Positions 63,986 to 64,000 of a DNA stretch of 64,000 bases are shown here, piece by piece; position 1 is the first letter of the stretch; each line of letters begins with the position of its first letter. The position numbers and the translations under genes are program-made. The notes beneath the pieces are model-generated. The model was not told the DNA's origin, searched no databases, and was given only the letters and a program-made list of their open reading frames with translations. The stretch is taken from NCBI GenBank assembly GCA_013239625.1, contig MU056050.1, forward strand, positions 3,396,084-3,460,083, given 5' to 3'. The DNA is from Lama guanicoe. Taxonomy: Eukaryota.

Positions 63986-64000
63986 ACTCTTCCACAGGAG

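Noticed and set aside
1..64000. CRISPR arrays, tRNA/rRNA genes, operons or a novel multi-gene system
   Set aside because: I saw no regularly spaced repeat-spacer array, no structured RNA gene motif and no gene-dense organisation. The content is typical mammalian non-coding DNA.

Overview
This is AT-rich, CpG-depleted placental-mammal genomic DNA. It is most likely camelid: the young L1 3' ends look camelid/artiodactyl and I saw no Alu, B1/B2, Bov-A, PRE1 or Can-SINE elements. I found no recognisable protein-coding exon, RNA gene, CRISPR array or prokaryotic system. The recognisable ORFs in the supplied track are LINE fragments and the rest look like chance ORFs. The window reads as a large intron or intergenic region and is full of repeats: one near full-length decayed L1 (about 27.4-33.6 kb), many truncated L1s, MIR/L2/CR1(L3) fossils, two solo LTRs, several hAT and TcMar DNA-transposon relics, and microsatellites. 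Repeat family names come from recalled consensus motifs, not from a database search. The most notable observations are: (1) a 69-bp gapless copy of nearby unique DNA inserted inside an L1; (2) a ~195-bp ancient palindrome (Eulor1-like) whose arm differences mostly preserve G-U pairing on the + strand; (3) a candidate minus-strand TATA promoter; (4) a cluster of CACGTG/CACGTT boxes. I did not find a convincing new biological system.
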